A stretch of 64,000 nt of DNA from a virus (IMGVR_UViG_3300027648_000001:1-64000); one strand, 5' to 3'; positions 36,287 through 43,636 are shown, counted from the stretch's first letter. Notes: generated by a model not told the origin, from the letters alone. Translations and numbers: made by a program.

Positions 36287-36453
36287 TTCATTCTTGCTTT
36301 TCCAGAGAATTTCCCTATACTCGGCTTGTGACTGTCATGAACTTCATAAACCAGTTCAATTCGACCGCCCTCTTTAGTAATCCCCAGCCAGATCAGGCAA
36401 TGTGTCCCATCCTGATATGGCGCTATCAACGCTCCAGCTAAAATTCTTTTCAT
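36226..36453 (-). CDS. hypothetical ORF A (75 aa)
   Basis: ORF track. CVRCGQY Zn-ribbon-like element near the C-terminus. Confidence 0.5.
   Translation of the reverse strand: MKRILAGALIAPYQDGTHCLIWLGITKEGGRIELVYEVHDSHKPSIGKFSGKARMNCVRCGQYLEPEDVPNGTEV
36241..36247 (-). other. candidate -1 slippery heptamer C_CCA_AAT
   Basis: X_XXY_YYZ pattern in the ORF A frame, 4 codons before its TAA. A -1 slip enters the ORF B frame. Confidence 0.35.
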
Positions 36454-36461
36454 TCTTTCGC

Positions 36462-36490
36462 TTGCTGTTATAATCTAGTTCTGGTAGGTT
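36462..36490 (+). promoter_or_regulatory. promoter with the TCTTTCGCTTGCTGTT motif
   Basis: TTGCTG-N17-TAGGTT with TGg upstream of the -10. tRNA-Gln begins 18 nt downstream. Confidence 0.55.
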
Positions 36491-36507
36491 TGCAATGAAC
36501 AAAGTGA

Positions 36508-36582
36508 TGCCCGATCTTTCAATTGGCAGGAAAACGGATTCTGAATCCGTGAATACTGGTCCGAATCCAGTTCGGGCAACCA
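36508..36582 (+). tRNA. tRNA-Gln (CUG)
   Basis: U1-A72 (Gln-type) acceptor TGCCCGA/TCGGGCA. Loop TTCTGAA. T loop TCCGAAT. CCA encoded. Confidence 0.85.
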
Positions 36583-36647
36583 AACATTACCCTCACAAGG
36601 GGCGTGGTAAGGAAATTCAGGATTTATTGTTATCTGGGGTTGGGAAA

Positions 36648-37235
36648 ATGGAAGTCGCAAGATTAACTGGATGTTCAGCGCCAACCATTACACACCATGC
36701 TAAGAAAATCGGTCTATCGCTGTGTAGACCACCGAACCTTGGCCCGGTATTAGTTGTTTGCGCCCAGTGTAGTAAAGAATTCAATCGTCCACGGAAGTGG
36801 TTTAACCAAAACCTAAAGGAAAAGGCTAACAGTTTTTGCTCTTCGAAATGCAGTCAAGTTTTCACCAGAAAAGCTGTGGTAGTTAGATGTGCTAACTGTG
36901 GCAAGGAGAGCATAAGAATACCTGCTGAACTAAAGAAATCTAAGACAGGAAAGTATTTCTGTTCACATGCGTGTTCCAATACGGCACACAATAAGGCAAG
37001 GGGCGGCGAGATCCACCCGCTGTATGCTGGTGGTACGACACTGTATCGCAAGCGTGCCTTCGAAAGATACGGTAGGGCTTGCACTGTCTGTAGATACGAT
37101 ATTGAATGTGTTTTGGAAGTACATCATCGTGATGGGAATCGTAAAAATAACAAGGTAGAAAACCTTGATGTTCTTTGCCCAACACACCACGATGAATTTG
37201 AACACGGTATACGAGCCTATTCCCAGGTGGTGTAG
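36648..37235 (+). CDS. HNH endonuclease with N-terminal HTH
   Basis: EVHHRDGNRKNNKVENLDVLCPTHHDEFEHG. The first 29 codons of the ORF-track ORF are tRNA-Gln, so the start is moved to ATG 36648 (could be earlier at a non-ATG codon). The 3' end overlaps tRNA-Gln(UUG). Confidence 0.75.
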   Translation: MEVARLTGCSAPTITHHAKKIGLSLCRPPNLGPVLVVCAQCSKEFNRPRKWFNQNLKEKANSFCSSKCSQVFTRKAVVVRCANCGKESIRIPAELKKSKTGKYFCSHACSNTAHNKARGGEIHPLYAGGTTLYRKRAFERYGRACTVCRYDIECVLEVHHRDGNRKNNKVENLDVLCPTHHDEFEHGIRAYSQVV

Positions 37236-37294
37236 AGGTAGCATGGCACTCTTTGAAAGTGCAGACGAACGTTCGACTCGTTCCCTGGGAGCCA
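37221..37294 (+). tRNA. tRNA-Gln (UUG)
   Basis: U1-A72 acceptor TCCCAGG/CCTGGGA. Loop CTTTGAA. G73, CCA. Confidence 0.9.
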
Positions 37295-37295
37295 A

Positions 37296-37370
37296 GGGAG
37301 TGTCATCTAGTGGCTAGGATACTGATCTCCAAAATCAGTCACGGTGGTTCAAGTCCATCCACTCCCGCCA
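37296..37370 (+). tRNA. tRNA-Trp (CCA)
   Basis: Acceptor GGGAGTG/CACTCCC. Loop CTCCAAA. G73, CCA. Confidence 0.9.
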
Positions 37371-37448
37371 TTTTAAGTAAGTATGAAATTGAGTGGATTT
37401 TGGAGTGGCCATCTGAAGATGTGGTAGATTTTAACGCAATCAAGTTCC

Positions 37449-37536
37449 GGATGGGTGTGCAGAATGGTAATGCAGCAGGTTGCTAACTTGCCGTCCCAAT
37501 TGGGACATGGAGGTTCAAATCCTCTCCCATCCGCCA
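37449..37536 (+). tRNA. tRNA-Ser (GCU), class II
   Basis: Acceptor GGATGGG/CCCATCC. Loop TTGCTAA. Variable arm GTCCC-AATT-GGGAC. G73, CCA. Confidence 0.9.
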
Positions 37537-37560
37537 CCGGAAGAATTTCATGAGTTGATG

Positions 37561-37634
37561 CGCTCGTTAGCACAACGGTAGTGCGGTGGCTTCATAACCC
37601 ACTTATTCCTGTTCAACTCAGGAGCGAGCGACCA
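37561..37634 (+). tRNA. tRNA with CAU anticodon (Met-type or Ile2-type)
   Basis: Acceptor CGCTCGT/GCGAGCG. Loop TTCATAA with C31xC39. CCA. Confidence 0.75.
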
Positions 37635-37639
37635 AGATT

Positions 37640-38152
37640 ATGGCTAAGTTTTTCACGGCAGATACGCATTTCGGGCACGCGAAGATAATGGAATATTGCT
37701 CGCGTCCATTTGATTCCGTTAAACAGATGGACGAAGAAATGATCCGGCGCTGGAATTCGGTGGTCAGCGAAAAGGACGAGGTGTATCATGTCGGAGATTT
37801 TTCGTTCCACAATACGGCGGACTCTAAAAAGATCCGGTCACTTTTGCATGGTAAAATTTATTTGATCGAGGGGAATCACGACGGCCGCAATGCAGGCTTT
37901 GAATGGATCAAGCCGTACTACGAACTGAAGGTTGAAGGTCAGGAGATTGTTCTTTTCCATTACGGGATGCGCACTTGGCATCACGATCTGCGCGGAACTT
38001 GGCACCTGTACGGACATTCGCACGGCCAGCTTCCGTCGTACGGCAAGTCTATGGATGTCGGCGTAGACTGTCACGGATTTACGCCTCTGAGCTATACTCA
38101 GGTGGAAAGGAAGCTAATGGGGATGGCTATTGCAGACCATCCCCGCTTTTGA
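37640..38152 (+). CDS. metallophosphoesterase (calcineurin-like)
   Basis: All canonical motifs are present: DTHFGH, GDFSF, GNHD, LFHYG, GHSHG. Confidence 0.85.
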   Translation: MAKFFTADTHFGHAKIMEYCSRPFDSVKQMDEEMIRRWNSVVSEKDEVYHVGDFSFHNTADSKKIRSLLHGKIYLIEGNHDGRNAGFEWIKPYYELKVEGQEIVLFHYGMRTWHHDLRGTWHLYGHSHGQLPSYGKSMDVGVDCHGFTPLSYTQVERKLMGMAIADHPRF

Positions 38153-38155
38153 TTC

Positions 38156-38246
38156 GGCGGGTACCCGTGGGTCGGGAGCAGGGATTTATAACCCCTTCGC
38201 GCTAGATTAGCGTTGCCAGAGGATTCGAATTCCTCACCCGCTACCA
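38156..38246 (+). tRNA. atypical class II tRNA, apparent anticodon UAU (identity unresolved)
   Basis: Acceptor GGCGGGT/ACCCGCT, T arm GAGGA-TTCGAAT-TCCTC, A73, CCA, long variable arm (CGCTA-GAT-TAGCG). Anticodon arm AGGGA-TTTATAA-CCCCT with A31xC39. The D arm is short and poorly defined. Confidence 0.55.
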
Positions 38247-38353
38247 AGTTCGTGCAGCCTGTGGGTTTCACCCGGTAGCCGGAAGTAACCAGAGAACACC
38301 TGTGGCTAGCCAGTACCGCCCAAAGAGCGCGGAATAGACAGGCTGCGCGATTC

Positions 38354-38444
38354 GGATGGGAACCGGTGTAGGAAATCGGCTCGGACTGTAAACCCGATGG
38401 TGCCCTGGCGGCACGTAGAGGTTCGAATCCTCTCCCATCCACCA
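38354..38444 (+). tRNA. tRNA-Tyr (GUA), class II
   Basis: Acceptor GGATGGG/CCCATCC. Loop CTGTAAA (A31xC39). Long variable arm. A73, CCA. Confidence 0.85.
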
Positions 38445-38469
38445 AGTTTGTAGTACACAGGAGAAGGGT

Positions 38470-39153
38470 ATGAAAACTGACTTAAGTACAATCGCAATGA
38501 TATTGGACCGATCCGGTTCAATGTCCAGTGTTCGCCAAGCAACTATCGATGGATTCAATGAGTTCATCGAAGGCCAAAAGAATGGTGCTGGCGATGCCAA
38601 CGTAACGCTCATTCAATTCGACACCGATAATCCTTATGAAGTGGTGTTTGAGGACGAGCCGGTCAAGAAAGCTCCTAAACTTACGGCTCATACTTACGTG
38701 CCGCGCGGCGGAACGCCGTTGCACGACGCTATTGGTCGCACAATTACCGATCTTGGCACCAAGCTTTCCAAGATGGTCGAAGCGGAACGGCCTGGCAAGG
38801 TGTTCGTGGTTATCATGACGGACGGTCTGGAAAATGCGAGTCACGAGTATTCAGGGCCGAAAATAGCGGAAATGATTAAGCACCAGCGCGATAAGTACAA
38901 GTGGGAATTCATTTTCCTTGGCGCTAATCAGGATGCGATCTTAACAGGCGAGCATCTAAATATTCCGATGGCGAATGCAGCTACGTACGCGGCAACGGCC
39001 GGTGGAACCCACGCCGCATTTGTAGCAACTGGTCGGAACGTTAATTCAGTAAGAAGTGGTAAAGCTGTACACGCCAGTTACAGCATTGGCCAGCGCAAAT
39101 CATTACTAGAAGAAGATGAAGACGATTTACTGAAGCCGAAGTCTAAGAAGTAA
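38470..39153 (+). CDS. von Willebrand factor type A (vWA) domain protein
   Basis: MIDAS motif DRSGSMS, downstream TPLHDAI and VIMTDGLEN elements. AGGAGAAGGG SD. Confidence 0.85.
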   Translation: MKTDLSTIAMILDRSGSMSSVRQATIDGFNEFIEGQKNGAGDANVTLIQFDTDNPYEVVFEDEPVKKAPKLTAHTYVPRGGTPLHDAIGRTITDLGTKLSKMVEAERPGKVFVVIMTDGLENASHEYSGPKIAEMIKHQRDKYKWEFIFLGANQDAILTGEHLNIPMANAATYAATAGGTHAAFVATGRNVNSVRSGKAVHASYSIGQRKSLLEEDEDDLLKPKSKK

Positions 39154-39196
39154 CCGATTTTGCGGGGATGGCGGAATTAGGCATATACTTAGGTGT

Positions 39197-39742
39197 ATGC
39201 CAACTTCCATCATCCAGTTCCATAAATGGCGCAGGGAAACAGAAGCACGCCTAGGCGGCAAATGTGCCCGTTGCGGTTCGGTAATTAATCTTGAATTCGA
39301 CCATATCGATCCGGCAACCAAACTTTTTTCTATATCAGGATCATGGGGCATTGCTGATAAAGCGGTCTTAGAAGCAGAGATTGGAAAGTGTCAGTTACTT
39401 TGTCACACTTGTCATCGTTATAAAACGGACGGAGAAAACTCTGCGCGATTTAAGAAAGATAGAACTAAGTGCCACGGAACACTGTCTCAGTATTTTAGGT
39501 ACAAGTGCCGTTGTCAAGCATGTAAAGATGCGTACAGAGAATACAGGTTAGGTAGGGGGAGTAGATCGTCCGGCGCTACTGTACGTGGTATTTATGGGCA
39601 AGAAGTTCCGCATGGATCAAAAAGATCGTACAGCAGAGGATGCCGATGTACTGAATGCAGAAAGGCAAATGCGATCTATGCCCTTTCTGTAAAAAGAGGT
39701 AAGAACATTTCTTGTACAGAACAGATTGCCCGATTAGGCTAA
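39197..39742 (+). CDS. HNH endonuclease
   Basis: CARCGSVINLEFDHIDP...CHTCHRYKT. The last 15 nt overlap the next tRNA. Confidence 0.8.
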   Translation: MPTSIIQFHKWRRETEARLGGKCARCGSVINLEFDHIDPATKLFSISGSWGIADKAVLEAEIGKCQLLCHTCHRYKTDGENSARFKKDRTKCHGTLSQYFRYKCRCQACKDAYREYRLGRGSRSSGATVRGIYGQEVPHGSKRSYSRGCRCTECRKANAIYALSVKRGKNISCTEQIARLG

Positions 39743-39803
39743 CTGGCAAAGCCAACTGCCCTAGAAGCAGTGATTATCGGTTCGAATCCGATATTGGGCA
39801 CCA
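39728..39803 (+). tRNA. class I tRNA with UAG (Leu-type) anticodon
   Basis: Acceptor GCCCGAT/ATTGGGC. Anticodon arm ACTGC-CCTAGAA-GCAGT (C33). 5-nt variable loop. A73, CCA. Confidence 0.7.
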
Positions 39804-39969
39804 AGTTCCGTGACGGTCTTCGGCCGGGAGCCGCGCTGCTCACACGAGCAAGAGGTCGCCGCCAAAGACGTCCCTCCAAGGTGTTTTACGGCGCTCGGAT
39901 CGTCACGGTAAGATTTCTGGATAGTGCTTCCTGAAAATGCTAAGCAGATATCTCAGGAGGCACTTACAC

Positions 39970-40143
39970 ATGGGAGTAGGTTTCATTCTTTTGGTGGTAG
40001 CAGCGGTTTGTTGCACGATTGCAGGGTTTTGGGAGTACGGCTCCCCTAATCCTTACGGGTTCCGTCTAGGATGGATCGGCATCGCGTTCTTTATGTGGAG
40101 CCTTGTACTCGGCGGCGCTGCCGTTAATTCATTCCATCGATAA
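39970..40143 (+). CDS. membrane protein (57 aa)
   Basis: ORF track, trimmed to the ATG 9 nt after AGGAGG. Two hydrophobic segments. Confidence 0.5.
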   Translation: MGVGFILLVVAAVCCTIAGFWEYGSPNPYGFRLGWIGIAFFMWSLVLGGAAVNSFHR

Positions 40144-40148
40144 AGTTT

Positions 40149-40224
40149 GCGCTGCTAGCCCAACGGCAGAGGCAACAGACTTAAAATCTGTACAGTCTCG
40201 GTTCGAATCCGAGGCGGCGCACCA
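40149..40224 (+). tRNA. class I tRNA with UAA (Leu-type) anticodon
   Basis: Acceptor GCGCTGC/GCGGCGC. Arm ACAGA-CTTAAAA-TCTGT. 5-nt variable loop ACAGT. A73, CCA. Confidence 0.75.
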
Positions 40225-40228
40225 AGAT

Positions 40229-40302
40229 TCACCGGAAGCTCAGTGGCGAGCGGCACCCTGTTAAGGTGATGGAAGTAGGTTCGATTCCTACCCGGTGAGC
40301 CA
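40229..40302 (+). tRNA. tRNA-Asn (GUU)
   Basis: Acceptor TCACCGG/CCGGTGA. Loop CTGTTAA. G73, CCA. Confidence 0.85.
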
Positions 40303-40321
40303 TTTATGTTATAGTAGCTAA

Positions 40322-40837
40322 ATGGACGAAGTGCGAAGGTTGGGTCCGTACTTTCACAAGAAGCAGGGCTACAATTACTTCGTCTATATTTGTCCAGATG
40401 GAAAAAGGAAAACAGTTTACGAGCACAGAGAAGTAATCGAAAAGAAAAATGGAATAAAACTTGATACCAAGCAGCACGTTCACCATAAAAATGAAAGAAA
40501 AACAGATAACACTGACCTGAATTTGGAAGTGCTTTCTGCTAGTGAACACGCAAAGAAACACGCAGTTCCGCCAAAAACAGAAACGTTAATATGTACCTTT
40601 TGCGGAAATAAATTTACCCGGCGAGCTAGAAAGATTAACCGTTCCAGCCAGCCGTATTGCAGTCGTCACTGTGTTGGTTTGGCGAATGCGCAGCGCAGTG
40701 GATTCAAGGAAACGCCGATTAGGCACGGGATACTTTCTTCGTATTCATATCGCGGCTGTAGATGTGAATTGTGCAGAAAAGCACAGGCGGATGCGCACAG
40801 GAATTATTACCGAAAGAAAAAGAGTTTGCGAGTGTAG
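40322..40837 (+). CDS. HNH endonuclease (HNH_3-like)
   Basis: VHHKNERKTDNTDLNLEVLSASEHAKKH plus Cys-rich C-terminal repeats. The TAG stop lies inside the next tRNA. Confidence 0.75.
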   Translation: MDEVRRLGPYFHKKQGYNYFVYICPDGKRKTVYEHREVIEKKNGIKLDTKQHVHHKNERKTDNTDLNLEVLSASEHAKKHAVPPKTETLICTFCGNKFTRRARKINRSSQPYCSRHCVGLANAQRSGFKETPIRHGILSSYSYRGCRCELCRKAQADAHRNYYRKKKSLRV

Positions 40838-40906
40838 CTCAGCCCGGATTGGAGCGCTTCACTACGAATGAAGAGGCCGCAGGTTCAAATCCTGCCACTC
40901 GCACCA
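40828..40906 (+). tRNA. tRNA-Arg (ACG)
   Basis: Acceptor GCGAGTG/CACTCGC. Loop CTACGAA. A73, CCA. Confidence 0.9.
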
Positions 40907-40913
40907 TACTTTT

Positions 40914-40989
40914 GGCCTCGTGGCCGATTGGATTAGGCTCTCGTTTCCTAAACGAGCACAAACAGGTTCGAATCCTGTCGGGGCTACCA
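40914..40989 (+). tRNA. tRNA-Arg (CCU)
   Basis: Acceptor GGCCTCG/CGGGGCT. Loop TTCCTAA. CCA. Confidence 0.85.
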
Positions 40990-41083
40990 AAATGAGTGAG
41001 TGGATCGATAAGAATTACCGCCTAATAATGTTGGCGAGCATGCTTGTGGAATTAATTTTGTTGGCGTACATTGCTTTTAAGTA

Positions 41084-41159
41084 GGGCCGGTAGCCTAGCG
41101 GACGAGGCGCTTCCCTCCGAAGGAAGTCCAGGCGAGTTCGACTCTCGCTCGGCCCGCCA
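41084..41159 (+). tRNA. tRNA-Arg (CCG)
   Basis: Acceptor GGGCCGG/TCGGCCC. Loop CTCCGAA. G73, CCA. Confidence 0.85.
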
Positions 41160-41173
41160 TATAAGGGGGTGAT

Positions 41174-41383
41174 GTGGAGGGACGAAAAGATTGGCCCAAA
41201 AGTGATACGGCGCTTAAAGAAGCAGGATACACATTTAGTGGCGTGGGCAAGTGCCAAAGTGACAAGTGCGGCGCAGAAATAGAGTGGTGGAAAACGCCGA
41301 AAGGTAAGATGATTCCATTAGATCCTGGCACAATGGAACCTCACTGGGGCACTTGTCCAGATGCCAAAAGTTTCAGGAAGTAA
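41174..41383 (+). CDS. small Cys-containing protein (69 aa, GTG start)
   Basis: ORF track. KCQSDKCGAEIEWWKTPKGKMIPLDP...HWGTCPD resembles a small zinc-binding phage family. Confidence 0.55.
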   Translation: MEGRKDWPKSDTALKEAGYTFSGVGKCQSDKCGAEIEWWKTPKGKMIPLDPGTMEPHWGTCPDAKSFRK

Positions 41384-41384
41384 C

Positions 41385-41459
41385 GCGCTGCTAGCCCAAT
41401 GCAGAGGCAACTGGCTCAAAACCAGTACAGTCCCAGTTCGAGTCTGGGGCGGCGCACCA
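41385..41459 (+). tRNA. class I tRNA with CAA (Leu-type) anticodon
   Basis: Same backbone as 40149..40224 (acceptor GCGCTGC/GCGGCGC, variable loop ACAGT). Loop CTCAAAA. A73, CCA. Confidence 0.75.
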
Positions 41460-41464
41460 AGTTT

Positions 41465-41539
41465 GGGGCCTTAATTCAATTGGACAGATGCTTTCCTTCT
41501 AAGAAAGCGACAGGCGTTCGAATCGCCTAGGCCCTTCCA
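41465..41539 (+). tRNA. tRNA-Arg (UCU)
   Basis: Acceptor GGGGCCT/AGGCCCT. Loop CTTCTAA. CCA. Confidence 0.85.
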
Positions 41540-41544
41540 GTTTC

Positions 41545-41619
41545 GTGGGCGTACCCAAGTGGTAAGGGAGAGGTCTGCAAAACCTTTATACGTCGGTTCG
41601 ATTCCGTCCGCCCACTCCA
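41545..41619 (+). tRNA. tRNA-Cys (GCA)
   Basis: Acceptor GTGGGCG/CGCCCAC. Loop CTGCAAA. U73 (Cys-type), CCA. Confidence 0.9.
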
Positions 41620-41625
41620 ATATGA

Positions 41626-41711
41626 GGATGGTACTGCGGAATGGTCTGCAACTAGGTTTGAACCCTAGGGCAACCGAAAGGTTGGGCGTTCAATTCGTCT
41701 ACCATCCTCCA
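41626..41711 (+). tRNA. tRNA-Ser (UGA), class II
   Basis: Acceptor GGATGGT/ACCATCC. Arm CTAGG-TTTGAAC-CCTAG. Long variable arm. U73, CCA. Confidence 0.85.
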
Positions 41712-41731
41712 GATTGTCTCAATTAGGATGT

Positions 41732-41805
41732 GGCCATGTAGCTGGACGGTCGAGCATCCGGCCGATTACCGGACGTACACAGTTCAATTCTGTGCGTGGC
41801 TACCA
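41732..41805 (+). tRNA. tRNA-Ile (GAU)
   Basis: Acceptor GGCCATG/CGTGGCT. Arm TCCGG-CCGATTA-CCGGA (C33, U37). CCA. Confidence 0.75.
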
Positions 41806-41806
41806 A

Positions 41807-41881
41807 CCCACCTTAGCTCAGTAGGAAGAGTTCCGGACTGAAAATCCGGCGAGCAGCGTTCGAATCGCTGGGGTGGGGCCA
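41807..41881 (+). tRNA. tRNA-Phe (GAA)
   Basis: Acceptor CCCACCT/GGGTGGG. Loop CTGAAAA. CCA. Confidence 0.85.
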
Positions 41882-41890
41882 TCTTTTAGT

Positions 41891-41919
41891 TTGACGTTGC
41901 TTGCTGTTTGTTTTATCCT
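41891..41919 (+). promoter_or_regulatory. promoter containing the GTTGCTTGCTGTTT motif in its spacer
   Basis: TTGACG-N17-TATCCT. tRNA-Val starts 7 nt after the -10. Confidence 0.5.
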
Positions 41920-41925
41920 TCCTGA

Positions 41926-42001
41926 AGCGATGTAACTCAGCGATTAGAGTGCCACTCCTACAAAGTGGAAGTCGTGGGTTTAAATCCCACCATCGCTACC
42001 A
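41926..42001 (+). tRNA. tRNA-Val (UAC)
   Basis: Acceptor AGCGATG/CATCGCT. Arm CCACT-CCTACAA-AGTGG (C33). A73, CCA. Confidence 0.8.
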
Positions 42002-42007
42002 CATTCG

Positions 42008-42673
42008 ATGAAAACAGCGCTACAAATGCAGTCCTTTGATAGTAAGGCCAAAGCGCTTGGCCTTGAATGGAATAAGGCGAATCAGGCCAAGAAGATTAGC
42101 GAATTTGAATTGCGCCAAAAATTTTGCCTGAATTGCAGAAAAAGAATACCATACAGTAAAAGGCGTAATGATTATTGTGGACACAGTTGTGCTGTTTCGG
42201 TGGCCAATCGCGGAAGATGCCGACACGGTAATGCAAAGGTAATGTTGCCATGCAAAAACTGTGGAGATCAGATCGCCAGCAAGAGGCAGTTATGCTCGCA
42301 GAAATGCTATTCTGGGTTTGTTTGGTCGAGGAATATAGAATACATTGAAAATACCGGATTGATTCCAGGTGGAGTCGAAACTTCGAAGGTAAAGTTTGCG
42401 CGTCGTTATTTAAAGCGCATTTTTGGATGGAAATGTTCTATTTGTGGAACCGAGGAATGGATGGGGGAAATTATTTCTCTGATTTTGGATCATATCAACG
42501 GTAATTCTGAAGATTGGTCCGTACAAAATGTTCGTTTGGTTTGTGGTAACTGTGATATGCAATTGCCAACTTATAAGGGTAGAAATAAAGGGAAGGGCAG
42601 GGAATGGCGGCGTATACTTGAGGCGAAGAAAAAGGCCAATATACGCAACATTGCACTTGGACTTTCAGCGTAA
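42008..42673 (+). CDS. HNH endonuclease
   Basis: CSICGTEEW...LDHINGNSEDWSVQNVRLVCGNCD preceded by Cys-rich repeats. Confidence 0.75.
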   Translation: MKTALQMQSFDSKAKALGLEWNKANQAKKISEFELRQKFCLNCRKRIPYSKRRNDYCGHSCAVSVANRGRCRHGNAKVMLPCKNCGDQIASKRQLCSQKCYSGFVWSRNIEYIENTGLIPGGVETSKVKFARRYLKRIFGWKCSICGTEEWMGEIISLILDHINGNSEDWSVQNVRLVCGNCDMQLPTYKGRNKGKGREWRRILEAKKKANIRNIALGLSA

Positions 42674-42681
42674 AACACTAC

Positions 42682-42755
42682 GCCGAGTTAGCTCAGTGGC
42701 AGAGCATCGCATTGGTAATGCGAAGATATTGGTTCGATTCCAATACTTGGCCCCA
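42682..42755 (+). tRNA. tRNA-Thr (GGU)
   Basis: Acceptor GCCGAGT/ACTTGGC. Loop TTGGTAA. CCA. Confidence 0.9.
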
Positions 42756-42775
42756 TACTTGGCTGGTAAGGCGTG

Positions 42776-42846
42776 GCAGGTTAGGCCAGGCATGGTCCGG
42801 CGAAGTGGCGCTCGGCGTGGTTTGGCTTGGCAGGTGAGGCCAGGTT
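42776..42846 (+). repeat. imperfect direct repeat in a tRNA spacer
   Basis: TGGCAGGTTAGGCCAGG (42776-42792) and TGGCAGGTGAGGCCAGG (42830-42846), 54-nt period. The ORF-track ORF across it is not credible. Confidence 0.6.
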
Positions 42847-42879
42847 CGGCACGGCAGGCGATTTACGGTGCGGAGTAAT

Positions 42880-42954
42880 GGGTTCGTAGCTTAATAGGAA
42901 AAGCTTCCGACTCTTAATCGGAGGAACAGAGTTCGAATCTCTGCGGACCCACCA
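42880..42954 (+). tRNA. tRNA-Lys (CUU)
   Basis: Acceptor GGGTTCG/CGGACCC. Loop CTCTTAA. A73, CCA. Confidence 0.9.
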
Positions 42955-43155
42955 ATATTTTCTCTGGACATGGCTGGTTTAAAAATACTCTAATGACGAC
43001 GGAACGGCGTAGGAGCGTGTGAAATGGGATTCAATCACCGAGATCGCCAAAAATTAAACAAGATAGAGCACCTGGTGTGGAAGCTCTATCGACATTTCAT
43101 TCCGCAGGCTCCTGACAGCGTACAAATTAATCAAATCGTCAAAGGAGCAACAATT

Positions 43156-43557
43156 ATGAGCATTACGGGAACTCCAGCAGGTGGACAGAGCACTTTCGAA
43201 GCAGATGCACTTCTTTCGGGAATCGCAGATCCGGCAGGCTTTCCGGCAGGAACGGTCGATACATGGACTTTCGATGACCCGCAAGCCACTATCGGTCCAG
43301 ATTCCGGCCCCGACGTGAATGAAGCTGGGCTATTAGACCAAGTAGTAATCTCGATCCCAGCAAGCGACACGCAGGGCAGCGCACCGGCCGGTTCGCCAGG
43401 TAGCTACAATTTGACCGTTTCCGTGCAAATGCCAGCGCCAACGAGCGGTCCTAACGCTGGAGTTGTACCAGCGCCATTGACCAATACGGTTAATGTACCG
43501 ATTACTTCGCCTTCGGTGCAAGTTCCAACGGGCGTCGTAATTAACCAAGTTGCATAA
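43156..43557 (+). CDS. hypothetical Pro/Gly/Thr-rich protein (133 aa)
   Basis: ORF track, trimmed to the ATG after AAAGGAG. The longer 43024 start is possible. Confidence 0.5.
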   Translation: MSITGTPAGGQSTFEADALLSGIADPAGFPAGTVDTWTFDDPQATIGPDSGPDVNEAGLLDQVVISIPASDTQGSAPAGSPGSYNLTVSVQMPAPTSGPNAGVVPAPLTNTVNVPITSPSVQVPTGVVINQVA

Positions 43558-43562
43558 GACAG

Positions 43563-43636
43563 GCAGGGCTAGGTCAGTGGCAGACCGGCGCACTCGTAAC
43601 GCGCAAACTTCAGTTCGATTCTGAAGCTCTGCTCCA
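43563..43636 (+). tRNA. tRNA-Thr (CGU)
   Basis: Acceptor GCAGGGC/GCTCTGC. Arm GCGCA-CTCGTAA-CGCGC (A31xC39). CCA. Confidence 0.85.

Noticed and set aside
36495-36647. N-terminal 51 codons of the ORF-track HNH ORF 36495..37235
   Set aside because: Codons 5-29 are the tRNA-Gln(CUG) gene (36508..36582). The coding start must lie downstream of the tRNA.
37371-37448. 78-nt spacer between tRNA-Trp and tRNA-Ser, checked for a degenerate tRNA
   Set aside because: I could not build an acceptor or T-arm pairing. It is AT-rich and unstructured by eye.
38156-38246. Reading the odd class II tRNA as an ochre suppressor (anticodon UUA)
   Set aside because: That register leaves only 2 bp in the anticodon stem and puts U at position 37. 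The UAU register gives 4 bp plus the A31xC39 mismatch seen in the neighbouring tRNAs.
42528-42878. 116-aa plus-strand ORF with repeated AWQVRPG
   Set aside because: It spans the end of an HNH gene, tRNA-Thr(GGU) and a repeated non-coding spacer. The peptide repeat only reflects the 54-nt DNA repeat.
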